Below are positions 30,776 through 40,170 of a stretch of 64,000 bases of DNA, piece after piece; position 1 is the first letter of the stretch; each line of letters starts with the position of its first letter. The stretch lies in contig JAIXSZ010000020.1 of assembly GCA_027484425.1 (NCBI GenBank), positions 11,988-75,987 on the forward strand, given 5' to 3'. This stretch comes from Sphingobacteriales bacterium. Its GTDB lineage: Bacteria; Bacteroidota; Bacteroidia; Chitinophagales; Chitinophagaceae. The position numbers and the translations under genes are program-made. Under the pieces are notes generated by a model that did not search any database, was not told the DNA's origin, and saw nothing but the letters and a program-made list of their open reading frames with translations.

Positions 30776-30818
30776 AAAAAAGAGGCAACCTTAATTCTGG
30801 TTGCCTCTTTTAAAAAAA
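30776..30818. terminator. Bidirectional terminator-like hairpin downstream of the flotillin gene
   Basis: AAAAAGAGGCAACC-TTAATTCT-GGTTGCCTCTTTTAAAAAAA. The A/T runs on both sides allow termination in either direction. Confidence 0.6.
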
Positions 30819-30839
30819 GGTTACATGATAATGTTCAGT

Positions 30840-33161
30840 TTATGAGTTCTGGTCTACACTATCCTTTTTTGCGTCTATGTCAAATTTCTTGCCACTCATT
30901 TTTTCCAGAAGCATAATGCCCATCATATTTTCGAGGTTGCTGCTGCCTTGCCCGCCACCGCCTGAGATGAGCATGTCTGGAATGAGCTTCATATTGCTCG
31001 CAGCAATTTTTTCTACCACCTGTATTTGGCCGAAGACATCCTTGCCCATTGCATCGGTCTGTAGCTTATACGACTCGGCAGTAGATTTACCTTTTGCCAA
31101 TATTACCTCAGCTTCAGCAAGACCCACTTTAGATGTAGCCTCGGCTTGTGCCACAGCGGTTACACGAGTAGCTTCGGCCTCAGCAGTAGCTTTTAGTCTG
31201 GTAGCTTTAGATGCACCCTCGGCTGTAAGCTCTACTGCCTTGGCGGCACCTATAGCCCGCTCTACATCGCTATTGGCTATGTTTTTAGATATTTCTACAC
31301 CACGCTCAGAGTCAACTACTTTTGGCTGCATATCTGCCTGAGCCTTCATGTTGGCCAGAAGTTTTCGTTGTTCTTCAGCTTCTGTTTGTGTTTTGTAGGT
31401 TATTTTCTCCTGCTCTGCTATTTGCTTATCAGACACGATCTTGGTGAGCTCAGTAGGCAGCACGACATCAGCAATAAGGGTGTCTTTAGAGTCAATAAAG
31501 TGTTCTTTGAGCACCTCTACAATGTGTGTTTTGGCGGTAGCCTGTAGTTCTTTACGCTGCGTGTAAAGATCCAGCGCCTTAATGTATTGAGCAGCATTGC
31601 GGAAGTGCGATGAAATAGCGGGCTCTAACACCTGAGATATAAGGCTTTGTACAGAGCCTTGATTGGCAATAACCTTGGGTGCATTTTCCATAGGAATGTG
31701 AATGATAACATTGACATCCATATTTACACTAAAAGCATCTGCGGTACGAAGGGTGATTGTTTTGAGGTTAGAGTCGAGGTCGTGCGCGTTAGATCTGCTA
31801 TCAGCCCAGCTCAGTGTTATCTGGTTGGTAGGTACCATATCTACTTTGTAGGTTTTGGTATTTACAGGGTGCTTACCCGGACCAAGCGGCTCCTTCCATA
31901 TACCCTTGAACCCATTCTCTACAATTTTGGCATTTACTTTAGCGTCCGTGGTATCTTCGCCACGCTCGCCTACATAGCTGGTAACTACTCCACACTTACC
32001 TATTTCCACCACTGTCATTTGAACTTTTTCGATAGATGCAAACCATGGATTGATGGCGTAGTTACCCGAACGCAGCACGGGTATCTGTAAACCCTTTTGC
32101 CCGTTGGCCGCTAAGAAAGCCGCAGGATCTTGAAAGTTATTGTGCTTGTCTAGTGGCACCTCGTCAGCAGCTATTTTGGATGGGTCCATTATCGGGCGAC
32201 CTTCATTTACAGTGACAATACCTATTTCATCAGCATTAATGCTGGTCCAGAATTGGTTGGTATCTACCCTAAATAATGAAGTATTGATGCGGTATTTACC
32301 GGGCATTAGCACTTCTAGCTGACGGCCCTTTTCGCCACCATTATTTATAAACGATTCGCCATCAAGAAAGTTGAGGTGACCATCAATTTTTTTTCCAAGC
32401 AGCCTACCTTCTGGTATACCGGCGCCATCCATAGCTGTAACTAGCCCAATGTAACCACCGGCAACATCTACGATTCTGTCTACCGACACCTTGAACAACA
32501 TGGTATTGATACGGTAGTTACCAGGACCTAATACGCGAATCTGTGGACCCTTCTGACCCTTGTTGGCCAGAAACTTTTCGGCATTCTGGTAATCATCGCA
32601 ATCAACTGGTGTGGCGAAGATACGACCTCTTTCGCAGGGCTCGCCAGCTATAGACTCTACATTACCCACCTGATCTTCGCCTATAATGATGACACTCACT
32701 ATCTCTACCTGAAACAAGTAAGGATTGATACGGTGTTCACCATCTGGCAAAATGGCTACCTGTGGTCCTTTTTGTCCGCCATTGGCTAGGAACGCCTCAC
32801 CATCTTGGTACATATTGCACTCTACTGGTCGTGCAAAAAGCTGTCCAGAATCGAGAGGCTCACCAGTAATAGCCGTTACGAGGCCTACCTCACCCTTTTT
32901 GATATTGATGAACTTGTACTTGCGTGTTTTGTAAATGAAAGGGATAAGGAATCTGAGACCCGGACCCAATATACGCGCCTGCACACCCACCTCATTACTG
33001 CGGGCAACGGTTCGGTTTTCGGGCATGGTGGCTCCAAACCAGCGTCGTTCTAAAACTACAATTTCATCTCCTTTGGCATTTACTATAGACTGGTAAAGTA
33101 AAATGAGGACTAGCACTGCCAGAATAATGCCTGAGGGGTTGGCTAATAACTGCTCTAACAT
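30840..33161 (-). CDS. Flotillin-family (SPFH/band-7) protein with N-terminal TM anchor and about 4-5 inserted ~75-aa repeat modules (773 aa)
   Basis: N-terminal TM helix (IILAVLVLILLYQ). Repeated modules ending in PG.YRINP/T..LF.V. C-terminal flotillin coiled-coil with EA-rich repeats (ATAEAEATRVTAVAQAEATSKVGLAEAEVILAKG). The underlying nucleotide repeats are visible at 32040-32950. Confidence 0.7.
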   Translation of the reverse strand: MLEQLLANPSGIILAVLVLILLYQSIVNAKGDEIVVLERRWFGATMPENRTVARSNEVGVQARILGPGLRFLIPFIYKTRKYKFINIKKGEVGLVTAITGEPLDSGQLFARPVECNMYQDGEAFLANGGQKGPQVAILPDGEHRINPYLFQVEIVSVIIIGEDQVGNVESIAGEPCERGRIFATPVDCDDYQNAEKFLANKGQKGPQIRVLGPGNYRINTMLFKVSVDRIVDVAGGYIGLVTAMDGAGIPEGRLLGKKIDGHLNFLDGESFINNGGEKGRQLEVLMPGKYRINTSLFRVDTNQFWTSINADEIGIVTVNEGRPIMDPSKIAADEVPLDKHNNFQDPAAFLAANGQKGLQIPVLRSGNYAINPWFASIEKVQMTVVEIGKCGVVTSYVGERGEDTTDAKVNAKIVENGFKGIWKEPLGPGKHPVNTKTYKVDMVPTNQITLSWADSRSNAHDLDSNLKTITLRTADAFSVNMDVNVIIHIPMENAPKVIANQGSVQSLISQVLEPAISSHFRNAAQYIKALDLYTQRKELQATAKTHIVEVLKEHFIDSKDTLIADVVLPTELTKIVSDKQIAEQEKITYKTQTEAEEQRKLLANMKAQADMQPKVVDSERGVEISKNIANSDVERAIGAAKAVELTAEGASKATRLKATAEAEATRVTAVAQAEATSKVGLAEAEVILAKGKSTAESYKLQTDAMGKDVFGQIQVVEKIAASNMKLIPDMLISGGGGQGSSNLENMMGIMLLEKMSGKKFDIDAKKDSVDQNS

Positions 33162-33531
33162 AAGGTGGGTATCCGACAGGGAATGTAAACTTTCGGAGAG
33201 GACAAAATTACAGATATTTTCATATTCCTAATTATAAATCGGTGAATTGACATAGGTTTAAAGAGGTACCCTATGTAGTACCAAGAACACCTACCTACGG
33301 TATATTGTTACAAAAAATAAAACAAAGACTATAGTAACACTCGCTGTAAGAATGTAAACTGAAATCAATTGGGGTATGCGCGTTGTAAAGAAGCAAAAGA
33401 AATAAATAGACTAGTAGCTGCTTAATAAAAGTACGTATAGCACGTTATACATAAAATTGCGCCTCTTAGATTTCTTTTTTAAGAATAAAACTCTTATTTT
33501 TCAAAATATTAACTAAGCTCTTCTGTATTTT

Positions 33532-34644
33532 ATGATAATAGGTGTATTGAAAGAACAAGCCCCGGAAACACGTGTTTCCCTGGTGCCCGAAGTAGTAACT
33601 GCACTGGCAAAACTGAAAGTAAGTATCTGGATAGAAGATGGTGCAGGAGTAGCCGCTTTCTTTAGCAATGACGCATACATAGCGGCAGGTGCAGAAATAA
33701 AAACAGCAGCAGAAATAAATACACAAGCAGATATGGTACTGACCATACAGCCTACCAATGCTGGCAATGCCAAAGATGGTGCGGTGCTGGTGGGTATATA
33801 CCAACCATTATTCAACCATGTACAGATGCAACAATGGGCAGACAAAGGATATACTGTGTTCAGCATGGACACTATACCCCGAACTACACGAGCCCAATCG
33901 ATGGATGTACTAAGCTCACAAGCCAACATAGCTGGCTACAAGGCCGTGCTGCTGGCAGCTTTTAGCTATTGCCGTTACTTCCCCATGTTTATGACTGCTG
34001 CAGGCAGTATACCCCCTGCTAAGGTGCTGATACTAGGTGCTGGTGTGGCAGGGCTACAGGCAATAGCTACCGCTAAGCGACTAGGAGCTGTGGTAGAGGT
34101 GTTTGACACACGCCCCGCGGTGAAGGAAGAAGTTATGAGCCTAGGAGCAAAATTTGTGGAAGTGGAAGGTGCGGCAGATGCATCGAAAGCTGGAGGATAT
34201 GCAGTGGAACAAAGTGAAGATTTTCAGCGGAAGCAACGTGAAAAGATTCACGAACACGCTAAAAAATCGGACATCATTATAACAACAGCCCAGATACCTG
34301 GTCGTAAAGCACCTATACTTATCACAAAGGCGATGATAGAAGACATGCGCCAAGGATCTGTAATCATAGACATTGCTTCTGTGACAGGTGGAAATACCGA
34401 ATTGACACAAGACAACCAAACAGTGATGCACAATGGCGTGGCCATAATAGGTAACTCGGCACTAGCTGCTACTGCATCTTCAGATGCTAGCAAGGTGTAT
34501 AGCAAAAACGTTCTCAACTTCACCAAACTTATACTGAACGCCGAGGGCGGTATCAACCTCAATTTTGAAGAAGATATAGTGAAAGGAACAGCAATAACAT
34601 ACGGAGGAAAGATTGTAAACGAACGTGTGCTGGCATTGAGATAG
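33532..34644 (+). CDS. pntA: NAD(P) transhydrogenase subunit alpha part 1
   Basis: Alanine-dehydrogenase/PNT N-terminal domain and NAD-binding GxGxxG (LILGAGVAGLQAIATAKRLGA). Confidence 0.85.
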   Translation: MIIGVLKEQAPETRVSLVPEVVTALAKLKVSIWIEDGAGVAAFFSNDAYIAAGAEIKTAAEINTQADMVLTIQPTNAGNAKDGAVLVGIYQPLFNHVQMQQWADKGYTVFSMDTIPRTTRAQSMDVLSSQANIAGYKAVLLAAFSYCRYFPMFMTAAGSIPPAKVLILGAGVAGLQAIATAKRLGAVVEVFDTRPAVKEEVMSLGAKFVEVEGAADASKAGGYAVEQSEDFQRKQREKIHEHAKKSDIIITTAQIPGRKAPILITKAMIEDMRQGSVIIDIASVTGGNTELTQDNQTVMHNGVAIIGNSALAATASSDASKVYSKNVLNFTKLILNAEGGINLNFEEDIVKGTAITYGGKIVNERVLALR

Positions 34645-34722
34645 TGGTTGCAATACCAAGTAGTATGCCCTCACTTGAATTAAGAGTAAAAAACAATACT
34701 TAACAATAAACAATTCAATAGA

Positions 34723-35043
34723 ATGGAATCAATAATCAGTTTGTTTACCGACCCTGCCACTTACAGGCTTATGACCATAGTGATACTATCTATATTCTTA
34801 GGAATAGAGGTAATATCGCGTGTGCCATCTGTGTTGCATACACCCCTGATGAGTGGTGCGAATGCCATACATGGTGTGGTAATAATAGGGGCTATAATAG
34901 TAATGGGGCAGGCTCATACAGACGACTACCTAGCACTTGTGCTGGGCTTTCTGGCGGTGATACTAGGTACGCTGAATGTGGTAGGTGGATTTGTGGTGAC
35001 CGACCGCATGCTAGAAATGTTTGGGAAGAAAAAGAAGAAATAA
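34723..35043 (+). CDS. pntAB: NAD(P) transhydrogenase subunit alpha part 2 (membrane)
   Basis: 106 aa with three TM helices and a poly-Lys C-terminus. It sits between pntAA and pntB. Confidence 0.8.
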   Translation: MESIISLFTDPATYRLMTIVILSIFLGIEVISRVPSVLHTPLMSGANAIHGVVIIGAIIVMGQAHTDDYLALVLGFLAVILGTLNVVGGFVVTDRMLEMFGKKKKK

Positions 35044-35108
35044 AAATCCCAATGGGGAAATTCCAAGGGGGAAATTCCAAATACCAAAGGGAAATTCCAA
35101 GGGGAAAC
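35044..35108. repeat. Tandem short palindromic repeats (G)GGGAAATTCCAA, about 4 copies. Left flank of the four-helix-bundle gene.
   Basis: GGGGAAATTCCAAGGGGGAAATTCCAAATACCAAAGGGAAATTCCAAGGGGAAAC. Confidence 0.8.
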
Positions 35109-35137
35109 AGAACAGCATAATGGTTAATTAGAGAGAA

Positions 35138-35473
35138 ATGAATGAGCTTGAATTGAGGTGTTTAAAGTTTGCAACTACTATCAGAGATTTTTGCAGATTA
35201 TTAAAACATGATACTATAAACCTAGTTTACATAAAACAAGTAGTAAGATCCTCATCATCAATAGGTGCTAATTATATCGAAGCAAATGAAAATTTAGGAA
35301 GACAAGATTTATTAATGCATTTGAAGATATCGAGGAAGGAAGCAAAAGAGACACAATATTGGTTGGATCTAATAATCACAGAAGATGAAATAACACGTAT
35401 TGGCTTGAAAAAAGAAGCAGAGGAAATAAGACGGATAATGTCCGCTATAATAAATAAGATACAAGGGCAATAA
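35138..35473 (+). CDS. Four-helix-bundle protein (23S rRNA intervening-sequence protein family, PF05635-like)
   Basis: 111 aa. The IGANYIEA...SRKEAKETQYWLDL signature is typical of this family. The gene is inserted between pntAB and pntB. Confidence 0.7.
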   Translation: MNELELRCLKFATTIRDFCRLLKHDTINLVYIKQVVRSSSSIGANYIEANENLGRQDLLMHLKISRKEAKETQYWLDLIITEDEITRIGLKKEAEEIRRIMSAIINKIQGQ

Positions 35474-35549
35474 ATACATTAAGAAACTTGAAATTGACTT
35501 TATTTACGACGGAAGATGCACATAAGTAGTTGGCATTGGTGTTTAGTAA

Positions 35550-35589
35550 TTCAATTTGGAACTTTGGATTTGGAATTTTGGATTTTTTT
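35550..35589. repeat. Inverted-orientation counterpart of the AATTCCAA repeats. Right flank of the four-helix-bundle gene.
   Basis: TCAATTTGGAACTTTGGATTTGGAATTTTGGATTTTTTT. Its reverse complement contains CCAAAATTCCAAATCCAAAGTTCCAAATTG. Confidence 0.7.
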
Positions 35590-35607
35590 GGAGTTTAATT
35601 ACATCGT

Positions 35608-37023
35608 ATGGAAAACATGATATTACAGTTGATTTATTTGATAGGCTCTATTACTTTCATCATGGGTCTGAAAATGCTATCGCACCCTGATACTGCCAGA
35701 AAAGGAAATCTGCTGGCAGCAGGGGGAATGACATTGGCTATACTTGGCACAATATTTCTGTATAGAGACGGAAATGGAGAAGGGCTACACAACTATGCAT
35801 GGATATTTGCCGCATTGATAATAGGAACCGTAGTAGGAACTGCGGTATCTAAAAAAGTGCAGATGACTGCTATGCCAGAGATGGTGAGCCTATTTAATGG
35901 TATGGGTGGTGCATGTGCCATGCTGATATCGATAATAGAATACAGACACATAATGGCTAACATAGCCACCCATACCCCTGGCACGGGTACTATGATAGTA
36001 GTGGTGCTGGGTATGCTGATAGGTACCGTGTCGTTTGCAGGCAGTATCATAGCCTGGGGTAAGCTAAATGGCAGTATAAAAGACCGTACTATACCAGGAG
36101 GACAGGGTATCAACTTTATATTGTTTGCCGGTATGATAGCACTAGTTGTAATGGTGGCAAGTGGAAAGTTCACAGATATGCCGGCATTGTTTTATGGTAT
36201 ACTGGTGCTTTCTGCCCTGTATGGCATTTTGTTTGTGATGCCTATAGGAGGTGCAGATATGCCGGTGGTGATATCATTGCTGAACTCGTTTACGGGTGTG
36301 GCAGCAGCATTTGGTGGTTTTTTGTATGACAACCCAGTAATGCTAACGGGTGGAATACTAGTAGGATCTGCAGGTACTATCCTTACCATTTTGATGTGTA
36401 AAGCAATGAACCGCTCTTTGAAGAATGTATTGATAGGTTCGTTTGGTGGTGCTAAAACTGGCGGTGGTGCTGCAGGTAGCAAAGAGCAGGGGAACTACAA
36501 AGAAATATCGCTGAATGACACTGCAGTATTGATGGCCTACGCACAAAAAGTAATGATTATACCTGGCTATGGACTAGCCGTTGCACAAGCACAACACACC
36601 TGCCATGAACTAGAGAAAGTGCTGAATGAAAAAGGCGTAGAAGTGCTATATGGTATACACCCAGTAGCCGGGAGGATGCCTGGTCATATGAATGTGCTGC
36701 TTGCTGAGGCCGATGTGCCTTACGAAAAACTATTGGAAATGGAGGATGCAAATGACCAAATGGGCGGTACTAATGTAGTGCTGATACTGGGCGCTAACGA
36801 TGTGGTAAACCCTGCAGCAAAAGAAGACCCTACTAGCCCCATATACGGCATGCCGATACTAGAGGTGGAAAAAGCTGAGCATGTGATAGTAAACAAACGT
36901 AGTATGAAACCAGGCTATGCTGGCATTGAGAACGAATTGTTCTTCCGTCCAAAATCTTCAATGTTGTTTGGAGATGCGAAAAAAGTACTGCAATCGCTGG
37001 TTACAGAACTGAAACAAATGTAA
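35608..37023 (+). CDS. pntB: NAD(P) transhydrogenase subunit beta
   Basis: Multi-TM N-terminal domain, then the C-terminal NADP(H)-binding dIII domain (GYGLAVAQAQH...ILGANDVVNPAA). Confidence 0.85.
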   Translation: MENMILQLIYLIGSITFIMGLKMLSHPDTARKGNLLAAGGMTLAILGTIFLYRDGNGEGLHNYAWIFAALIIGTVVGTAVSKKVQMTAMPEMVSLFNGMGGACAMLISIIEYRHIMANIATHTPGTGTMIVVVLGMLIGTVSFAGSIIAWGKLNGSIKDRTIPGGQGINFILFAGMIALVVMVASGKFTDMPALFYGILVLSALYGILFVMPIGGADMPVVISLLNSFTGVAAAFGGFLYDNPVMLTGGILVGSAGTILTILMCKAMNRSLKNVLIGSFGGAKTGGGAAGSKEQGNYKEISLNDTAVLMAYAQKVMIIPGYGLAVAQAQHTCHELEKVLNEKGVEVLYGIHPVAGRMPGHMNVLLAEADVPYEKLLEMEDANDQMGGTNVVLILGANDVVNPAAKEDPTSPIYGMPILEVEKAEHVIVNKRSMKPGYAGIENELFFRPKSSMLFGDAKKVLQSLVTELKQM

Positions 37024-37125
37024 CTGCGCGCAAAATGTAGCTATCAACCCATAGCTGAATGCGCTGCAAGAGAGAATATGCAGATGACTAGTAACAAATT
37101 TCAAAACTTTAACTAAATTTATGCC

Positions 37126-37713
37126 ATGGTAAGTAAGAAAAACGGCCTGGTAATAACAGTATTGGGGATATTATCATTATTCGTATCGGTTATATATATA
37201 TCCTCATGTACCAGAACTCCTGGAGAGTTTCCCTATTCATGTAGTGGAGTAGTGTGTCAAAATGGTGGCAGATGCGATAGCGGCAAATGTGTATGTCCTG
37301 TAGGATTTGAGGGCACTAACTGCGCCACTGGTACCGTAGATAAGTTTATAGGGTACTGGAAGGTGACGCAAATAGTGCTAGGTAGCGACTCATTGAGTCT
37401 TGTGAATACGCAAACCAATTACACTTTGCGTATGATGCCAACTGCCACAAACACTACTTTCTTCTTGTATAACTTTAATAATAACCCTGCCTATAGTAGT
37501 TTGATTTGCCGCCTAGACAGTAATAATAAAGCTGACTTTGGTATAGATACTACCTCTGCCACGAATATGATTTACGATCAATTTAGGATCAGAAATGGTT
37601 ATGGTTTTATGTACACCAATGATTCTATAAGCATGAAAGTGTTTGTGCGTAGGCTAAACAGCACCGTAAACTGGCAGAACGACACCTTAGCTTTGGGTTT
37701 GAAGCGTCTGTAA
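37126..37713 (+). CDS. Hypothetical anchored or secreted protein with an EGF-like Cys-rich module (195 aa)
   Basis: N-terminal hydrophobic segment, then CSGVVCQNGGRCDSGKCVCPVGFEGTNCATG (EGF-like six-Cys pattern). Confidence 0.45.
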   Translation: MVSKKNGLVITVLGILSLFVSVIYISSCTRTPGEFPYSCSGVVCQNGGRCDSGKCVCPVGFEGTNCATGTVDKFIGYWKVTQIVLGSDSLSLVNTQTNYTLRMMPTATNTTFFLYNFNNNPAYSSLICRLDSNNKADFGIDTTSATNMIYDQFRIRNGYGFMYTNDSISMKVFVRRLNSTVNWQNDTLALGLKRL

Positions 37714-37906
37714 TGTTCAAACAGTACTCCTAAACAACAAGAAAGCAAAATAGAGTAAGGTTGTGCAAGAGAAATAAGGATGAAAACTATCTGAAAAATC
37801 TCAAAAAAATATTTGCAAAACACAATTTTACGTTTTACTTTTGCAATCCCTTTACGTGATAAGCGAACAGCATACTTCATAAAAAGAGGAAATAGTTCTT
37901 TTAAAA

Positions 37907-37979
37907 GCCACTTTAGCTCAGATGGTAGAGCAACTGATTTGTAATCAGTAGGTCGCTGGTTCGATTCCGGCAAGTGGCT
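37907..37979 (+). tRNA. tRNA-Thr (anticodon TGT)
   Basis: Acceptor GCCACTT/AAGTGGC, anticodon stem ACTGA/TCAGT with loop TTTGTAA, T-arm GCTGG-TTCGATT-CCGGC. Confidence 0.85.
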
Positions 37980-38051
37980 CTGGTAAGATTTAAACTTTAA
38001 AAGTGATTAAGCAGACAAATGGTTAATCACTTTTTTAAGTTTTGACTGAAT

Positions 38052-38135
38052 GGGCACATTCCACAAGCGGCCAACGTGAGCAGACTGTAAATCTGCCGTC
38101 TTTCGACTTCGGAGGTTCGAATCCTTCTGTGCCCA
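38052..38135 (+). tRNA. tRNA-Tyr (anticodon GTA), long variable arm
   Basis: Acceptor GGGCACA/TGTGCCC, anticodon loop CTGTAAA in CAGACTGTAAATCTG. Near-identical to the canonical bacterial tRNA-Tyr core (GCAGACTGTAAATCTGCCGTC...GGTTCGAATCC). Confidence 0.85.
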
Positions 38136-38216
38136 CATCAACAATGTGAAAGGTTGTAAATTTGAAAATAAGCCCTAGGCTATACGCTCTTTTTATAAGT
38201 TTTCACATTTTTTCAA

Positions 38217-38289
38217 GCGGGAGTAGCTCAGTTGGTAGAGCGACAGCCTTCCAAGCTGTAGGTCGCGGGTTCGAGCCTCGTCTCCCGCT
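38217..38289 (+). tRNA. tRNA-Gly (anticodon TCC)
   Basis: Acceptor GCGGGAG/CTCCCGC, anticodon stem ACAGC/GCTGT with loop CTTCCAA. Confidence 0.85.
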
Positions 38290-38497
38290 CGCTTTTCAAG
38301 TTCTTTTATTTTTTTTGGCTAGTACTATTAGTATATATTGATATTACTAGCCCAGTATGTCAACAGTCATTTTTGGCACATCTATCATGTTCACATAATA
38401 GAAAGTCAAGAATGTAATTTAGCAATACGGCAAACGTACTATTATTATGTTTTGCTAGTATTGGGCTATAATTTGAAATGATAGCAGTTTTATTAAA

Positions 38498-38570
<73 letters not shown>

Positions 38571-38833
38571 ATTCTTTTCTAAGGTTTCGACCGTTATCCT
38601 ATGTTAGTGTGATGTACACGGTAAACAGAAAAGAAAATTCTCACCTGAATGAATATTAGCTAAAAGTATAAGTACAGAAATAGGATAAATAGTGGTATTC
38701 ATTAGCAGTTAGTACCGTAATATATGCTTTTTGGATTTCTCTTCAAAAAAAAATTTATTTGGAGACGAAAATAAGTTTATATTTGCACACTTTTTAGAAT
38801 TAAGCAAAACCAATAATTTCAAAACAATAAAAA

Positions 38834-40021
38834 ATGGCAAAAGAAACCTTTAAGAGGGAGAAACCTCACGTAAACATTGGTACCATCGGCCACGTTGACC
38901 ACGGTAAAACTACACTGACCGCTGCTATCACTACCATTCTGTCTTCTAAAGGATTGGCAGAAAAGAGAGGATACGATGAAATCGATGCAGCTCCAGAAGA
39001 AAAAGAGCGTGGTATCACGATCAATACGGCTCACGTAGAATATGCTACTGCCAACCGTCACTATGCACACGTTGACTGTCCAGGTCACGCTGACTATGTA
39101 AAAAACATGATTACTGGTGCTGCTCAAATGGACGGTGCTATCCTTGTAGTTGCGGCTACAGATGGTCCTATGCCACAAACAAGAGAGCACATCCTTCTTG
39201 CTCGTCAGGTGGGTGTTCCACGTATGGTTATCTTCATGAACAAAGTAGACCTAGTTGATGATGCTGAAATACTGGAGCTTGTAGAAATGGAAATTCGCGA
39301 ATTGCTTTCTAAGAATGGTTATGATGGTGATAACACACCTATCATACAGGGTTCTGCTACAGGTGCACTTGCTGGCGACGCTAAGTGGGTTAAAGCTGTA
39401 GAAGATTTGATGGAAGCTGTAGATTCTTATATACCATTGCCTCCACGTCCTATCGATCAGCCATTCCTTATGTCTGTAGAAGATGTATTCACTATCACTG
39501 GTCGTGGTACTGTTGCTACAGGTCGTATCGAGCGTGGTGTGATTAAAGTAGGTGAAAACGTTGAAATCGTAGGTTTCAATGAATCTCCACTTACTTCTAC
39601 TTGTACTGGTGTTGAGATGTTCAAAAAACTGTTGGATCGTGGTGAGGCTGGTGACAACGCCGGTTTGCTGCTCCGCGGTATTGAGAAAAAAGATATCCGT
39701 CGTGGTATGGTTATCTGCGCTCCTAAAACTATTACTCCGCACACAGACTTCAAAGGTGAAGTTTATGTGTTGAGCAAAGAAGAAGGTGGCCGTCACACTC
39801 CGTTCTTCAACAAATATCGTCCTCAGTTCTATTTCCGTACTACTGACGTAACAGGCGAGTGCATGTTGCCAGAAGGTGTGGAAATGGTAATGCCAGGTGA
39901 TAACGTAAATCTTTCTGTAGTTCTAATCGCTCCTATAGCGATGGATAAAGGTCTGAAATTCGCGATACGTGAAGGTGGCCGTACAGTAGGTGCTGGTCAG
40001 GTAACTGAAATCATCAAATAA
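38834..40021 (+). CDS. tuf: Elongation factor Tu
   Basis: [18 protein letters not shown] and NKVD GTPase motifs, 395 aa. It is preceded by the canonical Thr-Tyr-Gly-Thr tRNA cluster. Confidence 0.95.
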   Translation: MAKETFKREKPHVNIGTIGHVDHGKTTLTAAITTILSSKGLAEKRGYDEIDAAPEEKERGITINTAHVEYATANRHYAHVDCPGHADYVKNMITGAAQMDGAILVVAATDGPMPQTREHILLARQVGVPRMVIFMNKVDLVDDAEILELVEMEIRELLSKNGYDGDNTPIIQGSATGALAGDAKWVKAVEDLMEAVDSYIPLPPRPIDQPFLMSVEDVFTITGRGTVATGRIERGVIKVGENVEIVGFNESPLTSTCTGVEMFKKLLDRGEAGDNAGLLLRGIEKKDIRRGMVICAPKTITPHTDFKGEVYVLSKEEGGRHTPFFNKYRPQFYFRTTDVTGECMLPEGVEMVMPGDNVNLSVVLIAPIAMDKGLKFAIREGGRTVGAGQVTEIIK

Positions 40022-40060
40022 TTACTTGCAGCATTGCTGCAGTATTACTACTTAATACAA

Positions 40061-40097
40061 AATAGCCGCTCCTTTCAGAAGGAGCGGCTATTTTTTT
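40061..40097 (+). terminator. Rho-independent terminator after tuf
   Basis: AATAGCCGCTCC-TTTCAGAA-GGAGCGGCTATTTTTTTG. Confidence 0.75.
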
Positions 40098-40170
40098 GTA
40101 GATAAATTATGGAATAATCATTGAAAATGAGGGATTGGAATACTTGTGAAATACAATAATAATATTGTCG

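Noticed and set aside
30432-30788. ORF 30432..30788 (118 aa, minus) and the small plus-strand ORFs in the same interval
   Set aside because: Low-complexity, mutually overlapping on both strands, located between two terminators. The region is more plausibly non-coding.
35044-35108. NF-kappaB-like GGGAAATTCC sites as eukaryotic-type regulatory elements
   Set aside because: The resemblance is coincidental in a bacterial context. The repeats are interpreted as palindromic flanking or structural repeats instead.
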